A DNA stretch of 39,654 bases, taken from IMG/VR virus record IMGVR_UViG_3300046506_000191. One strand, written 5' to 3'. Under the pieces are notes generated by a model. It had not been told where the DNA came from, searched no databases, and saw only the letters and a list, made by a program, of their open reading frames with translations. Shown one piece after another: positions 15,011-24,624 of this stretch (the first letter of the stretch is position 1; each line of letters opens with the position of its first letter). Source of the DNA: a virus. The position numbers were made by a program, and so were the translations under genes.

Positions 15011-15208
15011 TCATGATCAGCGCGTCAGGCCTCACCCATTTTTGGTGGCCTTCCCGGGCGACCCAAACGCCCTTCTCGCCCGTTTTTTTGCGCGGCGATT
15101 TTGAAAGATCAATCCGCGCGAACTCGGTTCGACCGTTTTAGCGGCCGTCACTCCGCGTGACCGCGCTATTTCCGCGAACCGGGTTCGAGTGAATTAGTGG
15201 GGGCGGTC
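15008..15208. other. AT-enriched intergenic region; candidate cos/packaging recognition site
   Basis: Lowest-GC stretch in the window, directly upstream of the small terminase gene. Contains T runs, the palindrome TGATCATGATCA (15008-15019), and a duplicated CGCGAACNNGGTTCGA at 15117-15132 and 15173-15188. Confidence 0.35.
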
Positions 15209-15481
15209 ATGAGCGTCGCCGATGAGATCACCGCTGAGCTTGACGATCTTCACGCCGCTGAGACGTCGCCCGGCATGGCGGCCGTCGCCCTCGACCTGGC
15301 GAAGGCCATCGACGGCGCGGACGCCCCGACCGCGAAGGCGGTCGCCGCCCGCGAGCTCCGCTCGATCATGTCCGACCTCCGCAAGCTCGCCCCTGTCGGG
15401 GAGAAGGGGGACACGGTCGATGACATTGCTGAGCAGCGAGCAAAGCGCCGCGCCGCCGCCCGAGAGCAGGCCAGCGGCTGA
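15209..15481 (+). CDS. Terminase small subunit (candidate)
   Basis: Position immediately upstream of and overlapping the large terminase gene. 90 aa, helical, basic C-terminus AEQRAKRRAAAREQ. Confidence 0.55.
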   Translation: MSVADEITAELDDLHAAETSPGMAAVALDLAKAIDGADAPTAKAVAARELRSIMSDLRKLAPVGEKGDTVDDIAEQRAKRRAAAREQASG

Positions 15482-16943
15482 CGGGCCCCTGTACGGCTGG
15501 CAGGAGCCACCGATCCAGACCGCGCCGCCGTCGGTGTCGAGCGCGGGCCAGGAGGCCATCGACCTCGCCGCGCGTGCTGGCCTGACGCTCGACCCGTGGC
15601 AGCAGCACGTGCTGCGCATCGGCATGGGCGAGAAGCCCGACGGCTCATGGGCAGCCTTCGAGGCTGCGGTCAACGTCCCGCGCCAAAACGGCAAGGGCGG
15701 GATCATCGAGGCCCGCGAGCTCTGGGGCCTTTTCATCGGCGGCGAGGAACTGATCCTCCACTCGGCGCACGAGTTTAAGACTGCCAAGAACGCGTTCAAG
15801 CGGATCGAGCGCCTGATCCGTGGGTGCCCTGACCTGCACAAACGCGTCAAGGCGTACAGGTACACGGTCGGTGAGGAATCGATCGAGCTGCACACCGGTC
15901 AGATCCTGCGGTTCATCGCCCGCTCGAAAGGCTCCGGCCGCGGCTTCACCGGCCACTGCAACATCCTCGACGAGGACATGATCCTCGGAGACGAAGCGAT
16001 GGACGCCCTGCTGCCGACGATGGCCGCAGTGGAGAACCCGCAGATCTGGTACCTCGGATCGGCGGGCATCGGTGCGCTGTCCGTGCAGCTGGGCCGTTTG
16101 CGGCGCCGGGCTCTGGCCGCGATCGAGGCCGGCGTCCCGGATCCGTCGCTGGCCTACTTCGAGTGGTCCGCCAACCTGCATGTCGCCGAGTGCGGGCAGG
16201 GCTGTACCGAGCATGACGACGCGGCCTCCGACGAGACGGTCCTGAAGGCCAACCCGGCCGTGGGGTACCGGCTGACGCTGGAGAAGGTGGCCAACGAGCG
16301 GTCAACGCTGAGCGCGGTCGGCTATGCCCGTGAGCGGCTCGGTGAGGGCGACTACCCGTCGGACACCGAGGACACGTGGCAGGTCATCGGTGAGGACGCC
16401 TGGCGGGCGCTGGCGGCCGCAGAGTCGCAGCCCTCGGATCCGGTGGCGTTCGCCATCGACATGACGCCCGAGCGCTCACATGCGGCCATCGCGGTGGCCG
16501 GGGCCTGGCGGGGCGGAACGCACGTCGAGGTGGTCGACCACCGGCCCGGTACGGGCTGGATCCTGGACCGCGCCGAGGAGCTGCACAAGAAGTGGAAGCC
16601 GCGGTGCTGGGTCGTCGACGCGGGCGGCCCTGCCGGATCGCTCATCCCTGACCTGCAAGAGCGCCTCGGCATCGAGGTGGTGCAGCCGAAGATGCGCGAA
16701 GTGGCGCAGTCCTGCGGCCAGTTCTACGACGCAGTGACCGAGCAGACCCTCTCCCACCTCGACCAGGCGCCGCTGACGGCCGCTCTGGCGGGCGCGCAGA
16801 AGCGTCCGCTGGGCGACGCCTGGGCGTGGGCCCGGCGCATCGTCTCCGTGGACATCAGCCCGCTGGTAGCGGTGACGAACGCCAAGTGGGGGCTGGGCGC
16901 CGAGGTCGAGGAAGACACTGACCCGCTCGACAACATCTGGTGA
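15420..16943 (+). CDS. Terminase large subunit
   Basis: LDPWQQHVL ... VPRQNGKGGI (P-loop-like) ... CNILDEDM (Walker B), followed by a nuclease-half region. ATG 15420 follows GAGAAGGGGG; the start is uncertain. Confidence 0.85.
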   Translation: MTLLSSEQSAAPPPESRPAADGPLYGWQEPPIQTAPPSVSSAGQEAIDLAARAGLTLDPWQQHVLRIGMGEKPDGSWAAFEAAVNVPRQNGKGGIIEARELWGLFIGGEELILHSAHEFKTAKNAFKRIERLIRGCPDLHKRVKAYRYTVGEESIELHTGQILRFIARSKGSGRGFTGHCNILDEDMILGDEAMDALLPTMAAVENPQIWYLGSAGIGALSVQLGRLRRRALAAIEAGVPDPSLAYFEWSANLHVAECGQGCTEHDDAASDETVLKANPAVGYRLTLEKVANERSTLSAVGYARERLGEGDYPSDTEDTWQVIGEDAWRALAAAESQPSDPVAFAIDMTPERSHAAIAVAGAWRGGTHVEVVDHRPGTGWILDRAEELHKKWKPRCWVVDAGGPAGSLIPDLQERLGIEVVQPKMREVAQSCGQFYDAVTEQTLSHLDQAPLTAALAGAQKRPLGDAWAWARRIVSVDISPLVAVTNAKWGLGAEVEEDTDPLDNIW

Positions 16944-16955
16944 AAGGGGGTGCTC

Positions 16956-17171
16956 ATGCCCGGCAAGGAACCGCTGGCGGTGCGCCTCGCGGCCCCGCTC
17001 GGGGCGGCCGTGGGCGTCGTGTGGCGTGCTTTCCCGGTCCTGCTGGGCTGGGCGCTGGTGTCCGTCGGGGCATGGCTGGCATGGCCGCCTGCGGGCTTCC
17101 TGACCGCCGGGGGGTTGCTGCTGGCCGACCAGGTCGCCGACCGTCTCGCGATTCGTAGGAGGCCTGGATGA
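16956..17171 (+). CDS. Small membrane protein between terminase and portal (71 aa)
   Basis: ATG after AAGGGGG. Two hydrophobic segments. Confidence 0.55.
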   Translation: MPGKEPLAVRLAAPLGAAVGVVWRAFPVLLGWALVSVGAWLAWPPAGFLTAGGLLLADQVADRLAIRRRPG

Positions 17172-18337
17172 GTTTCCTTCTCGGACGTGAGCAGCGTGCG
17201 GGGTCGGTGTTCCCCAGCCCGCCGATTCCGCCGAACTCGCAAACCGGCGGCGCCGGCTCGAGCTACGCCCGCGTGGACCTGTCGCGCACGGAGGCGTCCC
17301 TGCAGAAGGTCGCGGTCTGGTCGTGCGTGAACCTGGTGGCGACGATCGCCGAGACGATGCCGCTGGACTACTTCCCGCGCCCTCGGGATCCGCAGCCGAT
17401 GCCTTCCTGGCTGGCCGATCTCGGCGGGGATGGGCACGGTTTGCCGGACTGGCTGTACCAGTACGCGTATTCGTCGATGCTCCGCGGCAACGCCTACGGC
17501 CTCGTAGGGGCGATGGACAGCCGGCGGGGCACGCCGACACAGATTGTCCTGCAGCATCCGGACCTGGTGCACGTGCTGCCCGACCAGGACGGTGTTCCGC
17601 ACTGGTGGATGAACGGCCAGCAGGTCGACGCCGACAAGGTGTGGCACCGGCGGGTGCATCCGGCGCCCGGGCAGCTGCTGGGGCTGTCGCCGATCGCCCT
17701 GCAGGCCACCACGATCGCCACGGGCATCGCCGCGCTGCAGTTCGGTTACCAGTGGTTCAAGGAGGGGGGCCACCCTTCCGGGGTGCTGACCACGGATCAG
17801 GAGCTGGACCGGAAGCAGGCGCAGACGGCGAAGGACCGGTTTATGGCCGCCATCCACGGCCGCCGTGAGCCTGCCGTGCTGGGTGGCGGCTGGAAGTACC
17901 AGCAGATCCAGATCGCGCCGAACGAGTCCCAGTTCCTGGAGACCAACCAGTTCACGGCGGCCGAGTGCTGCCGGATCTTCGGACCCGGCTTCGCGGAGAT
18001 CTTCGGATACGAGACGGGCGGCTCGCTCACCTACAGCAACATCGAGCAGCGCTCCCTCGACCTGCTGACGTATGCCGTGGATCCGTGGCTGGTGCGCATC
18101 GAGCGTGCCCTGTCCGGCCTGCTGCCGCGCCCACAGACCGTCAAGTTCAACCGGGCCGCGCTGGTCCGCACGGACCTGCTGACCCGCTTCAAGGCGCACG
18201 CGATCGCCCTGCAGAACCAGTTCGAGACCGTCAACCAGGTCCGGGACCACGAGGACTGGGGGCCCGTCGAGTGGGGAGACAAGCCCACCGCGCCGCCGCC
18301 GGATCCCGCCAAAGTCAGCCCGCTGGGAGGTCACTGA
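17168..18337 (+). CDS. Portal protein (HK97 family)
   Basis: ATG after AGGAGG. Size, position and sequence character match an HK97-type portal. Confidence 0.85.
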   Translation: MSFLLGREQRAGSVFPSPPIPPNSQTGGAGSSYARVDLSRTEASLQKVAVWSCVNLVATIAETMPLDYFPRPRDPQPMPSWLADLGGDGHGLPDWLYQYAYSSMLRGNAYGLVGAMDSRRGTPTQIVLQHPDLVHVLPDQDGVPHWWMNGQQVDADKVWHRRVHPAPGQLLGLSPIALQATTIATGIAALQFGYQWFKEGGHPSGVLTTDQELDRKQAQTAKDRFMAAIHGRREPAVLGGGWKYQQIQIAPNESQFLETNQFTAAECCRIFGPGFAEIFGYETGGSLTYSNIEQRSLDLLTYAVDPWLVRIERALSGLLPRPQTVKFNRAALVRTDLLTRFKAHAIALQNQFETVNQVRDHEDWGPVEWGDKPTAPPPDPAKVSPLGGH

Positions 18338-19023
18338 TGACCGATAAGAGTGCGCGCGCCGCCGTCACGGGCATCGTGCGCCGCGCCTACCCCGTCCAAC
18401 TGGAGGCCCGCGCCAAGGACGGCGCCTCCGGTGTTTCCACCGTGTCCGGCTACGCCTCGGTCGTCGAGGAGCCCTACGAGATGTGGGACTTCCTCGGCTC
18501 CTACGCCGAGGTGGTCCGCACGGGCGCGTTCACGAAAACCCTGTCGGAGACGCCGCAGGTGCAGCTGCTGCTGAACCATGGCGGCCTGGCGATGGCGTAC
18601 ACGAAGGCCGGCACGCTGCGCCTGTCGGAGGACTCGACGGGCCTGCACATGGAGGCCGACGTCACCGCGGCACGGACGGACGTCCAGGACATGCTGCTCG
18701 CCCTGGAGGACGGCAGCGTCGACGAGATGTCGTTCGCGTTCCGCGTGACCCGCCAGATGTGGTCGCCGGACTACGACCAGCGGGACATCCTCGAGGTCGA
18801 CCTGAATCGCGGAGACGTGTCCGTGGTCAATTTCGGCGCCAACCCAGCCACGTCGGTACAGCCCGCGCTACGGGCGGCCGACTTCGACAAGCTCGGCGAC
18901 GACGACGCCAAGGCGCTCCTGGAGCGCCTGCAGCGCCGCCTCTCGCCGCCCGCGGTGCCCGAGCCGACGGCCGGGCACCTGCTTTCGCTGTACCAGGCTC
19001 AGGCTGCCGCTCTGGCCCTGTAG
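18337..19023 (+). CDS. Prohead maturation protease (HK97/S78 family)
   Basis: TGATG junction with the portal gene. LLLNHGG ... GSVDEMSFAF ... DVSVVNFGANP. Confidence 0.8.
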   Translation: MTDKSARAAVTGIVRRAYPVQLEARAKDGASGVSTVSGYASVVEEPYEMWDFLGSYAEVVRTGAFTKTLSETPQVQLLLNHGGLAMAYTKAGTLRLSEDSTGLHMEADVTAARTDVQDMLLALEDGSVDEMSFAFRVTRQMWSPDYDQRDILEVDLNRGDVSVVNFGANPATSVQPALRAADFDKLGDDDAKALLERLQRRLSPPAVPEPTAGHLLSLYQAQAAALAL

Positions 19024-19166
19024 CCGCCACCCGCCTGCACCACCTGACGCGCCGGAATCCACGCCGGAGCGCTGTACGGCATGCCCGCACAGCGCCACCA
19101 CCTGGATCACCACCCGGACGGTTCAGCGGGCGCGACCCATCCGATAACCCCTGAAGGGAGCGAGCC

Positions 19167-20672
19167 ATGCTCGCCTACCTGCGTAAGCAGATGCAGAGCG
19201 CGCTCGAGGCCCGGGCCGCGCTGAAGACCGAGCTGGACGCCATCGTCACGGCTGCGGAACAGGCCGGCCGGGAGAAGCTGTCCGCCGACGAGCAGACCGC
19301 GTTCGACGCCAAGCGCGCCGAGATCCGCTCCAAGGACACCGAGCTCGAGGACCTCCAGTCCCGCGTCACCGAGCTCGAGGAAGACGAGAAGCGCAGCGCC
19401 ACGGCCGCCGAACTGCGCGCCAAGTACGGGCAGAACACCCCCGAGGGCCCGCGCGTTCAGGTGGTGTCCGAGCCGCTCACCTACGAGCGGGGCAGCAGCC
19501 ACAGCTACTTCCTCGACCTGGCCCGCGCCGAACTGGGTCGCGGCGACGGCGACGGCGGCCCTGCGGCGGCCCGCGAGCGTCTCCAGCGGCACGCCAGCGA
19601 GATCGACGTCGAGATGCCGCGCCGCATGGCCGCCCGTGATGCGGCCGCTCAGCAGGGCGTGCGCGGTCTGGAAGGCGTGTCTGAGCGGGCCGCCGAGTCC
19701 GCGTTCGAGAAGCGCGTCAACCCCAACCGGGTCGACGGGCAGGGCGGTTACTTCGTCCCGCCGCTGTGGCAGGTCGACCAGTACATCGATCTGCCGCGCT
19801 TCGGCCGGACGATCGCCAACTCGGTGCGAAACCTGACGCTTCCGTCTGGCACCGACTCCATCAACCTGCCCAAGATCGCTACGGGCGCCGCGACGGGCGT
19901 GCAGACCGCGGATGCCGCGGCCGTCACCAGCACGGACATGACCGACACGTTCGTCACCGCCCCGGTGCGCACCATCGCCGGTCAGCAGGACGTGGCGCTG
20001 CAGCTGCTCGACCAGTCCCCGGTGTCGTTCGACGAGATCGTCTTCGCGGACCTGATCGCCGACTACAACCAGAAGCTCGACGTGCAGGTCATCAACGGTT
20101 CCGGCTCGGCGGGCCAGGCGACCGGAATCCTGAACGTGTCCAGCATCAACGCCATCACGTACACGGATGCCACGCCCACCTTCCTGGAGATGTGGCCGTC
20201 GTTCGCGCAGGCCGCGAGCCAGGTCGAGAAGAACCGGAAGATGCCCGCGCTGGCTACCTTCATGACGCCGTCGATGTGGTACTGGATCGCGTCCCAGCTC
20301 GACGGCGCAAACCGGCCGCTGGTGCAGATCGAGGGCGGTACCGGCTTCAACGTCCTGGGCCTGCAGACCGGCGCCGGCGCTGTGGGCGAGGGCCCCGCAG
20401 GCCGCATGCTGGCGCTCCCGGTGCTGACGGACGGCAACATCCCGTCGAACCTCGGCGGGGGCACCAACGAGACCCGGATCATCACCGCCCGTACCTCCGA
20501 CATGTACCTGTGGGAGGGCAACATGCGGACCCGCGTGCTGCAGGAGGTCCTCTCCGGGACTCTGCAGGTCCGGTTCCAGGTGTGGAACTACTTCGCGTTC
20601 ATGGGCAACCGCCGCCCGGAGGCCATCAGCGCAATCTCCGGCACCGGCATGATCCCGCCGGCCGGGTTCTGA
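19167..20672 (+). CDS. Major capsid protein (HK97 fold) with N-terminal coiled-coil delta/scaffold domain
   Basis: Follows the protease gene. The N-terminal ~110 aa are Ala/Glu/Lys-rich and helical. The remainder is a typical HK97-like MCP. Confidence 0.85.
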   Translation: MLAYLRKQMQSALEARAALKTELDAIVTAAEQAGREKLSADEQTAFDAKRAEIRSKDTELEDLQSRVTELEEDEKRSATAAELRAKYGQNTPEGPRVQVVSEPLTYERGSSHSYFLDLARAELGRGDGDGGPAAARERLQRHASEIDVEMPRRMAARDAAAQQGVRGLEGVSERAAESAFEKRVNPNRVDGQGGYFVPPLWQVDQYIDLPRFGRTIANSVRNLTLPSGTDSINLPKIATGAATGVQTADAAAVTSTDMTDTFVTAPVRTIAGQQDVALQLLDQSPVSFDEIVFADLIADYNQKLDVQVINGSGSAGQATGILNVSSINAITYTDATPTFLEMWPSFAQAASQVEKNRKMPALATFMTPSMWYWIASQLDGANRPLVQIEGGTGFNVLGLQTGAGAVGEGPAGRMLALPVLTDGNIPSNLGGGTNETRIITARTSDMYLWEGNMRTRVLQEVLSGTLQVRFQVWNYFAFMGNRRPEAISAISGTGMIPPAGF

Positions 20673-20684
20673 TCCCACGCCCTA

Positions 20685-20714
20685 CGGGCCCGCTGCCAGC
20701 TGGTGGCGGGCCCG
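20685..20714 (+). terminator. Stem-loop after the capsid gene
   Basis: CGGGCCCGC pairs with GCGGGCCCG: 9 perfect bp. The loop contains CCAGCTGG. Confidence 0.5.
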
Positions 20715-20737
20715 CACCGTCTGAAACGGAGACCGCG

Positions 20738-21079
20738 ATGCACGATCGCATTGCCGAACTTCGCGGGCTGCGTAACGAGCTCGCGGACTGCGAGAGCCGG
20801 CGGAGCAAGGCCGACGAGGTTCAGAAGCAGATCGCCCGCGTCCGCGGCGAACTCGAGGGCCAGGCCGCCGTGCTCGAGAAGCAGGCCAAGGAACTTGCCG
20901 GGAAAGGCCAGGACGGCGTTGCTGGGCAGGCCACCGAAGAGGCCCGCGCTATCCGCGAGGCCCTCGCCGAGGATGACGCCCGCACGGGTCGTGGCGGCCC
21001 GCGGGTGCAGGAGAACGCTGCCGATTCGCGGCCGAAGCAGACCGCGTCCGGTCGCGGCGGCCGGGCCAGCAAGGGCTGA
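20738..21079 (+). CDS. Hypothetical coiled-coil protein (113 aa)
   Basis: ATG after GGAG. Glu/Ala/Arg-rich. Confidence 0.6.
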   Translation: MHDRIAELRGLRNELADCESRRSKADEVQKQIARVRGELEGQAAVLEKQAKELAGKGQDGVAGQATEEARAIREALAEDDARTGRGGPRVQENAADSRPKQTASGRGGRASKG

Positions 21080-21094
21080 CGGGAGGGGTGAGCT

Positions 21095-21919
21095 GTGCCG
21101 TTCGATCTCGGCGACACCGCGCGTTTGACCGCGACCTGCACCGATGCGGGCGGCACGGCTACCAACGCCGTCGGCGCCACGCTGACCATCGGCCTGCCGG
21201 ACGGCACGACCGCGACCCCGGCCGTGACCAATCCCCCGGCGGCCACCGGCAAGTACTCCTACGACTACGTCACCACCCAGGCCGGACGGCACTCGGTCCG
21301 CTGGGTGTTCACCGGCCCGGCCTGCGCCTACACGGACGTCCTGGACGTGCGGGAGGCCGCCCCGCCGCTGCTGTTCTCCCTCGCGGGGGCCAAGGCCAAG
21401 CTCGACATCCCGGCGACCTCGACGGGCGCCGACGAGGAGCTGCGGGAGTTCATCGAGGCCACCACCCAGTGCGTCGAATACTTCGTCGGGCCCGTGGCCC
21501 GGCGGGCGGTGCAGCAGGTCGTGCGGGGCGGCGGGTACTCCGTCGTGCTGCACACTCACCCGGTCCTGTCGGTGACGTCGGTGGTGGGTATCCAGTCCTG
21601 GCAGCTGCCTATCGACGTCAGCGCGCTCGACATCGACCCGGACACGGGCATCGTGCGCCGCTCGGACGTCCTGCCGTTCTGGCCGGGCGAGTACCGGTTC
21701 ACCTACACCGCAGGCCGGGCCGTGGTCCAGGCGAACGTGTCGCTGGCGGCGAAGCTGATCCTTCAGCATCTGTGGCGCACCAATTACGGTGCGGCGCGCG
21801 GGCCTTCCAGCAGCGACGACTACAACGTGACCGAGCAGGTGCCCGGCTTGGGTTATGCGATCCCGAACCGTGCCCTGCAGCTGCTGCAGGGCGACCGGCA
21901 GTTGGAGGGCTTCGCATGA
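21095..21919 (+). CDS. Head-tail connector (gp6-like) with N-terminal Ig-like domain
   Basis: GTG after GGGAGGGG. The N-terminal ~90 aa are beta-rich, Thr/Ala-rich and Ig-like. LAGAKAKLDIPATSTGADEELREFIEATTQCVEYFVG resembles the gp6-type connector signature. Confidence 0.6.
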   Translation: MPFDLGDTARLTATCTDAGGTATNAVGATLTIGLPDGTTATPAVTNPPAATGKYSYDYVTTQAGRHSVRWVFTGPACAYTDVLDVREAAPPLLFSLAGAKAKLDIPATSTGADEELREFIEATTQCVEYFVGPVARRAVQQVVRGGGYSVVLHTHPVLSVTSVVGIQSWQLPIDVSALDIDPDTGIVRRSDVLPFWPGEYRFTYTAGRAVVQANVSLAAKLILQHLWRTNYGAARGPSSSDDYNVTEQVPGLGYAIPNRALQLLQGDRQLEGFA

Positions 21920-22380
21920 TGACCTCCCGTGTCCCGGCCGCCGTCGACGCGCTGCTGGCCATCCTGCGGGCGGCGCCCGCGCTCGCCGAGGTCGCCATCG
22001 TCGACGGGCCGGAGGCGTTGAACTACACCCAGCTGCGGCGCCTGTATGTCGGATGGCGTCCGGACGGCGAGGCCGCCGTGTCGCTGCAGCAGGAGTTCAA
22101 CGCGGCCGGGGCCCGCACCCGCAATGAGGCCTTCACGATCTCCTGCTACGCCGAGGCGCGGGCGGGCGACAAGGACATGAAGGCTCGCCGCGACGAGGTG
22201 TTCGCGCTCGTCGGCGAGGTGGAGACGGCGCTGCGCGCCACCAACGTTGCGCCGACCGCGCCGACGCTGAACGGCACGGTGCTGTGGGCGCACCTGACGG
22301 CAGGCGATCTCCAGCAGGCGCAGAGCGAGGGTTCGATCGCGGGCCTTGCGTTCACAGTGACCTGCCGAGCCCGTATCTGA
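21916..22380 (+). CDS. Neck/tail-terminator-like structural protein (154 aa)
   Basis: ATGA-coupled. Lies between the connector and tail tube genes. The function is assigned by synteny only. Confidence 0.5.
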   Translation: MMTSRVPAAVDALLAILRAAPALAEVAIVDGPEALNYTQLRRLYVGWRPDGEAAVSLQQEFNAAGARTRNEAFTISCYAEARAGDKDMKARRDEVFALVGEVETALRATNVAPTAPTLNGTVLWAHLTAGDLQQAQSEGSIAGLAFTVTCRARI

Positions 22381-22407
22381 TCCAACCCATCACTGAGGAG
22401 TACTGCC

Positions 22408-22623
22408 ATGGCGCGTGTGCGCTACGTGGGCTCGGAGCCGGTCACCGTGCCTGAGCTCGGGGACCTGTTCGTCGAGCCGGACACCGTCGTCGAGGTCCCG
22501 GACGAGAGGTTCGAGGGCTACGTCTGCCAGCCCACCAACTGGGAGTCCGTCGAGGAACCCGGCCTGAAGGCCGCGGCCGAGGCGAAGAGGGCGGCGCGTG
22601 CCGCGAAGGGAGCTGATCTCTGA
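22408..22623 (+). CDS. Hypothetical small protein (71 aa)
   Basis: ATG after GAGGAG. TGATG junction to the tail tube gene. Confidence 0.6.
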   Translation: MARVRYVGSEPVTVPELGDLFVEPDTVVEVPDERFEGYVCQPTNWESVEEPGLKAAAEAKRAARAAKGADL

Positions 22624-23609
22624 TGGCGATCGGTTCGGGCCTTGGAGCCCAGCTCGGCTTCTCGGCCGAGGGCAGCTACGGCACGTTCGCCGCGCCGGCG
22701 AAATTCGTGGAGTTCACCAAGGAAAGCCTCGCCCTGAAAAAAACGACGGCGCAGTCTGCGGGTATCGCGGCGGGCCGTCTGCTGGCGCTGTCGTCGCGGC
22801 GCGTACTGACCCGCCAGGAGGTACAGGGGTCCATCGACCTGGAGATCGTCAACAAGTCCATGGGTACCTTGCTGCAGGCCCTCATGGGCACGACGGTCAC
22901 GCCGGTGCAGCAGGCCGCGACGGCCGCCTACCTGCAGACGCACACCCTGGCGGACACCGCGGGCAAGAGCCTCACGATCCAGAAGGGCGTCCCACTGACC
23001 ACGGGCACCGTCACGGACAAGACGTTTTTGGGCTGCAAGGTCACCTCGGCGGAGTTCGCGTGCGAGGTGGGCGGCATGCTCACCGGGACGTTCGACTTCG
23101 ACGGCAAGACCTGCGACGAGGCGCAGACGCTCGGGGTCGCGAGCTACCCGAACATGTCGCCGTTCCACTTCGGGCAGATGGCCGTGAAGACGGGCACGTT
23201 CGGCACGGAGACGGCGCGCGACGGCGTCCGCAAGGTCTCGGTGAAGATCGAGCGGCCGCAGCACACGGAGCGCTTCTACGCGGGCCAGGCCGGGCTGAAG
23301 AAGGAACCCATCAGCAACGACCAGGTCAAGATCAGCGGCAGCCTGGAGACGGACTACATCGACACGATCCTCGACGACCTGCACACCTCCGACGCGGCAA
23401 CCAGCCTGGTGTGGGAGTTCGTCGGGCCGCTGATCGCCTCGACGTATTTCGAGACGTTCCGGATCACCCTGCCTGCGGTCAAGTTCGACGAGGGCCCGCC
23501 GGTGGTCGACGGCTTCGACGTCATCAAACCCACGTTCAACTTCACGGCCCTGTATGACGGCACGAACCAGCCGAAGATCGAGTACATAGCCACGGACATC
23601 ACGCTGTGA
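22623..23609 (+). CDS. Major tail (tube) protein
   Basis: 328 aa, beta-rich. Lies upstream of the chaperone pair and tape measure. Confidence 0.75.
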   Translation: MAIGSGLGAQLGFSAEGSYGTFAAPAKFVEFTKESLALKKTTAQSAGIAAGRLLALSSRRVLTRQEVQGSIDLEIVNKSMGTLLQALMGTTVTPVQQAATAAYLQTHTLADTAGKSLTIQKGVPLTTGTVTDKTFLGCKVTSAEFACEVGGMLTGTFDFDGKTCDEAQTLGVASYPNMSPFHFGQMAVKTGTFGTETARDGVRKVSVKIERPQHTERFYAGQAGLKKEPISNDQVKISGSLETDYIDTILDDLHTSDAATSLVWEFVGPLIASTYFETFRITLPAVKFDEGPPVVDGFDVIKPTFNFTALYDGTNQPKIEYIATDITL

Positions 23610-23618
23610 GGTGACCTC

Positions 23619-24125
23619 ATGGTCTCCGACATCCGCATCACCAACACCGGCAGCCTGATCGAGCTGCAACGCCGCCTGCGGGCTGCCGGTCACGAGAACA
23701 TCCGCGCCTCGATGCAGCGCCGCCTGAGGCACGCCGCCGAGCCCCTGCGGGACGAGTTGCAGTCCGCGATCCGCGGGCTGGACATCAGCTCGCAGGGGCG
23801 CCGCGGCCGCCCTGGCGGCCCGTCCCCGACGACGCGTCCGCTGCGCGCGACGATCGCCGACGCGATCCGCATCAGCGTCCGCACGTCGGGCAACCCGGGC
23901 GCCCGCGTCTGGGTCGACAAAGGCCGCCTGCCGGCCGACCTGCGGAAGATGCCGGGCGCCCTCAACACAGGCCGCGTCCGACACCCCGTCTACGGCAACC
24001 GCAAGCGCTGGGTGCAGCAGAACGCCACCCCGTTGTGGTGGGACTCCACCGTGCGCAAGGGCCGCCCCCGCATGGAGCGCGAAGCCGCCCGTGTCCTTGA
24101 CGACGTACGCCGTCGTCTCGAGTAA
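23619..24125 (+). CDS. HK97 gp10-like head-tail/tail completion protein (basic, 168 aa)
   Basis: ATG after GAGGTGA. Arg-rich sequence with RRLRHAAEPLRDELQSAIR. The family is recalled, not searched. Confidence 0.5.
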   Translation: MVSDIRITNTGSLIELQRRLRAAGHENIRASMQRRLRHAAEPLRDELQSAIRGLDISSQGRRGRPGGPSPTTRPLRATIADAIRISVRTSGNPGARVWVDKGRLPADLRKMPGALNTGRVRHPVYGNRKRWVQQNATPLWWDSTVRKGRPRMEREAARVLDDVRRRLE

Positions 24126-24138
24126 CCAGGAGCAACAA

Positions 24139-24624
24139 GTGATCGTTTCGTACCGCCAGGAAAACGGCACCGTCGAGGAAGTCTCCACCGACGACCTGTC
24201 CGCGATCGAGTCGTCCGTCATCGAGTCCGCAACCGGCATGGACTGGGACGACGTCGACACCGCCCTGCGCCAGCAGGCGCCCACCGCGATGCGTGCCGTG
24301 CTGTGGGTGTTCCGCAAGCGGCAGCAGCCCACGGTGCGGTTCTCCGACTTCGACCTGCCCGGCTGGAAGCGCCGCACCAAGGCCCGCCTGGAGTACGCCG
24401 AGATCCTCGACATGGTCGAGGCGCTGGTGAAGAACCCGGAGTCGACGGACGAGATCGTCGAGCGGATGACCGGCTTCATGCGGACCATGGCGCACGACGA
24501 GGCCGACGTCGACAAGGCGTTCGCCGAGCTGTCCCCAAAAGACCAGGGCATCGCCACGCCCCTGGAGCCGGCGGTCTCGCCGGACGCCGTATCGGAGGCC
24601 TCCTCGACGAGTACTGGCCTCTGA
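24139..24624 (+). CDS. Tail assembly chaperone (G-like)
   Basis: GTG after AGGAGC. Acidic protein directly upstream of the tape measure gene. Contains the slip site at 24534-24540. Confidence 0.75.
   Translation: MIVSYRQENGTVEEVSTDDLSAIESSVIESATGMDWDDVDTALRQQAPTAMRAVLWVFRKRQQPTVRFSDFDLPGWKRRTKARLEYAEILDMVEALVKNPESTDEIVERMTGFMRTMAHDEADVDKAFAELSPKDQGIATPLEPAVSPDAVSEASSTSTGL

Noticed and set aside
14770-15141. 123-aa ORF running from the P-loop gene into the AT-rich gap
   Set aside because: It is an alternative frame of the P-loop NTPase gene, and its tail lies in the putative cos region. It has no start context.
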